Shown in pieces: positions 29,919 to 32,000 of a stretch of DNA of 32,000 nucleotides (the stretch's first letter is position 1; every line of letters begins with the position of its first letter). Both the position numbers and the translations under genes were made by a program. Origin of the DNA: Psychrobacter sp. DM4. GTDB taxonomy: Bacteria; Pseudomonadota; Gammaproteobacteria; Pseudomonadales; Moraxellaceae. The stretch lies in contig NZ_CP195536.1 in the NCBI RefSeq assembly GCF_051307035.1, forward strand, positions 300,001 to 332,000, written 5' to 3'. The notes beneath the pieces were generated by a model that was not told where the DNA came from, did no database searches, and saw only the letters and a program-made list of their open reading frames with translations.

Positions 29919-30002
29919 AGAAGGGTGAGACGTCAAAACTAACTTGTATAAAAGCTATGTGATATTGACGTGACCTATTTATTTCGCTGCTAGTGGTGTG
30001 CT

Positions 30003-30968
30003 ATGACTCAATCGACGTCCGAATCAAATAATGATAGTCAGCAAAGCGCCTTGGTCTCTCATACCTTGGTACATGACCGTCATAGTGCTACTCAGAATAG
30101 TTCAGTAGACAAGACGGCGCTGCTTGCTTTGTTTATCACTGATACAACTATAGATACTCAATTAAATGATTCAGAGCTGGCATCTAGTGTGGTGGATCAG
30201 CGCCTAGCGCTATATCATACTCAGCACCAGCGCACGCAGCAGCTTTATACGGTCGCCGCTAGCACGCGACCGACGTACTTGGTACAGACCCTAAAAACCC
30301 AATTCGCCGAGTACCAGCACTATCTACTGGCACAAAATCTCGATAAACGCGGCCTTATTGACACTCAGCCTTTAGAGCGACTTTGGCAACAATTACACGT
30401 GGTTGATGATATCGTTGCCGATATCGTGCGCCATATGCCCGCCCAGCAGCCAGCAGGGTGGCAGCTTACCTCTCAAGACGGTCAAAACCCGCTACGCCTG
30501 CCAACTATCGGCAAGCTCAAAAGCTCTAAACCGATAGCAGACAAAGCCAGTTTGAATAACTATGTACTGAGTCACTTTGGCGTGAGTAGCTTCACTTATG
30601 ATCGCGGCTATTATATCGGTCACGTGGTCGGCTATTTATTTAGCTGTTACTTTTGCGCGCATTTATCAGTCAGCTATAATGTCACCGCCCTTAGTGAACA
30701 AGCAGTGAGTGCCTACGAGTACGCTAGTCTTGAGACGCCCCATATGGTCAGACTATTACAAGGATTGGATGGCTACTGTAAAAAGCGAATTTATCAGCTG
30801 GCAGTCATCTGTGCGCGCTTGAGCGTTTATGCGACAGACAAACGCATCGAAAAAATGCTTATCGCAGAGGTCAATGACTTCGACAAAAAATTGCAACAGC
30901 AGCACTTGGATGTGTTGCTGCTTCAGGGCATGATGCCTGAGAGCAATGACTCAACGCCCTTATTCTAG
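30003..30968 (+). CDS. Hypothetical protein (321 aa), no recognisable family
   Basis: This is a long clean ORF. An in-frame TAG at 29991-29993 fixes the ATG at 30003 as the first start. It ends 51 nt before gspF on the same strand. The N-terminus is Ser/Gln/Thr-rich and the middle is Gln/Leu-rich and helical. An aromatic, Cys-containing segment GHVVGYLFSCYFCAHLSVSY is also present. Confidence 0.6.
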   Translation: MTQSTSESNNDSQQSALVSHTLVHDRHSATQNSSVDKTALLALFITDTTIDTQLNDSELASSVVDQRLALYHTQHQRTQQLYTVAASTRPTYLVQTLKTQFAEYQHYLLAQNLDKRGLIDTQPLERLWQQLHVVDDIVADIVRHMPAQQPAGWQLTSQDGQNPLRLPTIGKLKSSKPIADKASLNNYVLSHFGVSSFTYDRGYYIGHVVGYLFSCYFCAHLSVSYNVTALSEQAVSAYEYASLETPHMVRLLQGLDGYCKKRIYQLAVICARLSVYATDKRIEKMLIAEVNDFDKKLQQQHLDVLLLQGMMPESNDSTPLF

Positions 30969-31019
30969 ATCATTTGTACTAATCCCATTCCACTGCCGCT
31001 CTTTTAGGATATTGCTGTT

Positions 31020-32000
31020 ATGCCCGCTTATCATTATAAGGCGCTTGATGACCACGGCAGTATGAAGAAAGGACTGCTAGAGGGTGATTCTGCGCGGCAA
31101 GTCCGTCAGCAACTACGTGACAAAGCATGGACACCTGTCGAAGTCAACGCCGTCAATGATAGACAAAGTCAAAACAAAAGCCGCTACAAAAAACCTTCTG
31201 CTTATGAGCTTGCACTCCTTACCCGCCAGCTGTCAGTATTGCTTGCCGCTGGTATTCCGCTGGAAGAAACCCTAGCCGCTGTCGCAAAGCAATCGCCAAA
31301 AACTCATATCAAATCCTTGATGCTAGCCGTGCGCTCTCATGTCTTAGAAGGTCTGAGCCTTGCGCGTGCACTACAGCAAGCGGCCAGTTTTCCGCCTTTA
31401 TATATTGCGACTATCGCAGCAGGCGAGAAGTCCGGTCATCTAGATCTTATTCTGAATCAGTTGGCGGATTACACCGAAAACCGCTTTGCTCTACAGAAGA
31501 AAATCCAAGGCGCTATGGTCTATCCTATCGTGCTGATGGTCATGGCGGTTGCCGTTATTATGGGACTTATGAGCTTTGTTGTGCCCAAAATTGTCAAGGT
31601 ATTTGAGCAATCAGAGCAGGCACTGCCCCTTATTACTCAAGTCGTGCTGACGCTATCTAATGCTATTACCCAGTGGTGGTGGCTGATACTGCTAGTGATA
31701 GCGAGCGTGTCGTTTTTGTTTTACCGTTTTGCGCAGACGCAAGCGGGCAAACTGACTATAGATAGCGTAGTGCTCAGATTGCCAATTTTGGCGCGGTTAT
31801 CTAAAGGGTTAAACGCGGCGCGATTTGCCAGCACTTTAGCGATACTGGTGCGCTCAGGGGTGCCGCTGATTGAGGCGCTACATATTGGCGCGGCGGTTGC
31901 CACCAACTTACATATCCAGCAAACCATTATCACGGCTGCCGATCGAGTAACAGAAGGCGCAAGCCTCTCAAGTCAGCTAGAAAAATCTGCGTATTTTCCA
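31020..32000 (+). CDS. gspF: Type II secretion system inner-membrane platform protein GspF (3' end outside the window)
   Basis: This ORF is not in the ORF track because it has no stop within the window. My hand translation from ATG 31020 gives MPAYHYKALDDHGSMKKGLLEGDSARQVRQQLRDKAWTPVEVNAV...YELALLTRQLSVLLAAGIPLEETLAAVAKQS...SFPPLYIATIAAGEKSGHLDLILNQLADYTE..., collinear with GspF, and the frame stays open to position 32000. Confidence 0.9.
   Translation, partial: MPAYHYKALDDHGSMKKGLLEGDSARQVRQQLRDKAWTPVEVNAVNDRQSQNKSRYKKPSAYELALLTRQLSVLLAAGIPLEETLAAVAKQSPKTHIKSLMLAVRSHVLEGLSLARALQQAASFPPLYIATIAAGEKSGHLDLILNQLADYTENRFALQKKIQGAMVYPIVLMVMAVAVIMGLMSFVVPKIVKVFEQSEQALPLITQVVLTLSNAITQWWWLILLVIASVSFLFYRFAQTQAGKLTIDSVVLRLPILARLSKGLNAARFASTLAILVRSGVPLIEALHIGAAVATNLHIQQTIITAADRVTEGASLSSQLEKSAYFP

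Noticed and set aside
31084-31933. ORFs 31084..31275 (+) and 31721..31933 (-).
   Set aside because: Both fall inside the gspF reading frame (ATG 31020, open to the window end), one out of frame and one antisense. The gspF translation has unmistakable GspF homology.

Overview
This window reads as ordinary chromosome from a gammaproteobacterium. Gene content and protein flavour suggest Moraxellaceae or a Psychrobacter-like organism, but that is inference and no search was possible. About 30 genes are densely packed, and most are housekeeping. In order they are: a TPR-like fragment, yqeY, rpsU, a lipoprotein cytochrome c5, tsaD, crcB, an arsenic cluster (arsR, an arsC-arsH fusion, arsB), a metR-like regulator, potABC, a beta-carbonic anhydrase, gloA, an MscS-family channel, a cytochrome c-prime, hemF, ribA, dxs, suhB, a WS/DGAT wax-ester synthase and gspE. 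The accessory-looking part is about 24.1-31.0 kb, which lies between the type II secretion genes gspE and gspF. It carries a hotdog-fold (DUF4442-like) gene, a two-gene McrBC-type modification-dependent restriction module with an atypical McrB, a tRNA-Pro/Arg/His cluster with a near-consensus promoter, a cupin-AraC regulator and a 321-aa ORFan directly upstream of gspF. The best candidate for something new is the McrBC-like pair. Its McrB has no N-terminal DNA-reader domain, and about 145 aa of unassigned sequence sits between Walker A and the rest of the AAA+ core. Secondary curiosities are an ArsC-ArsH translational fusion, a (GTATGAA)6 heptanucleotide repeat abutting the tsaD start, and an in-frame 15-bp triplicate in a cytochrome signal peptide. 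No CRISPR array, transposase, integrase or rRNA was seen.
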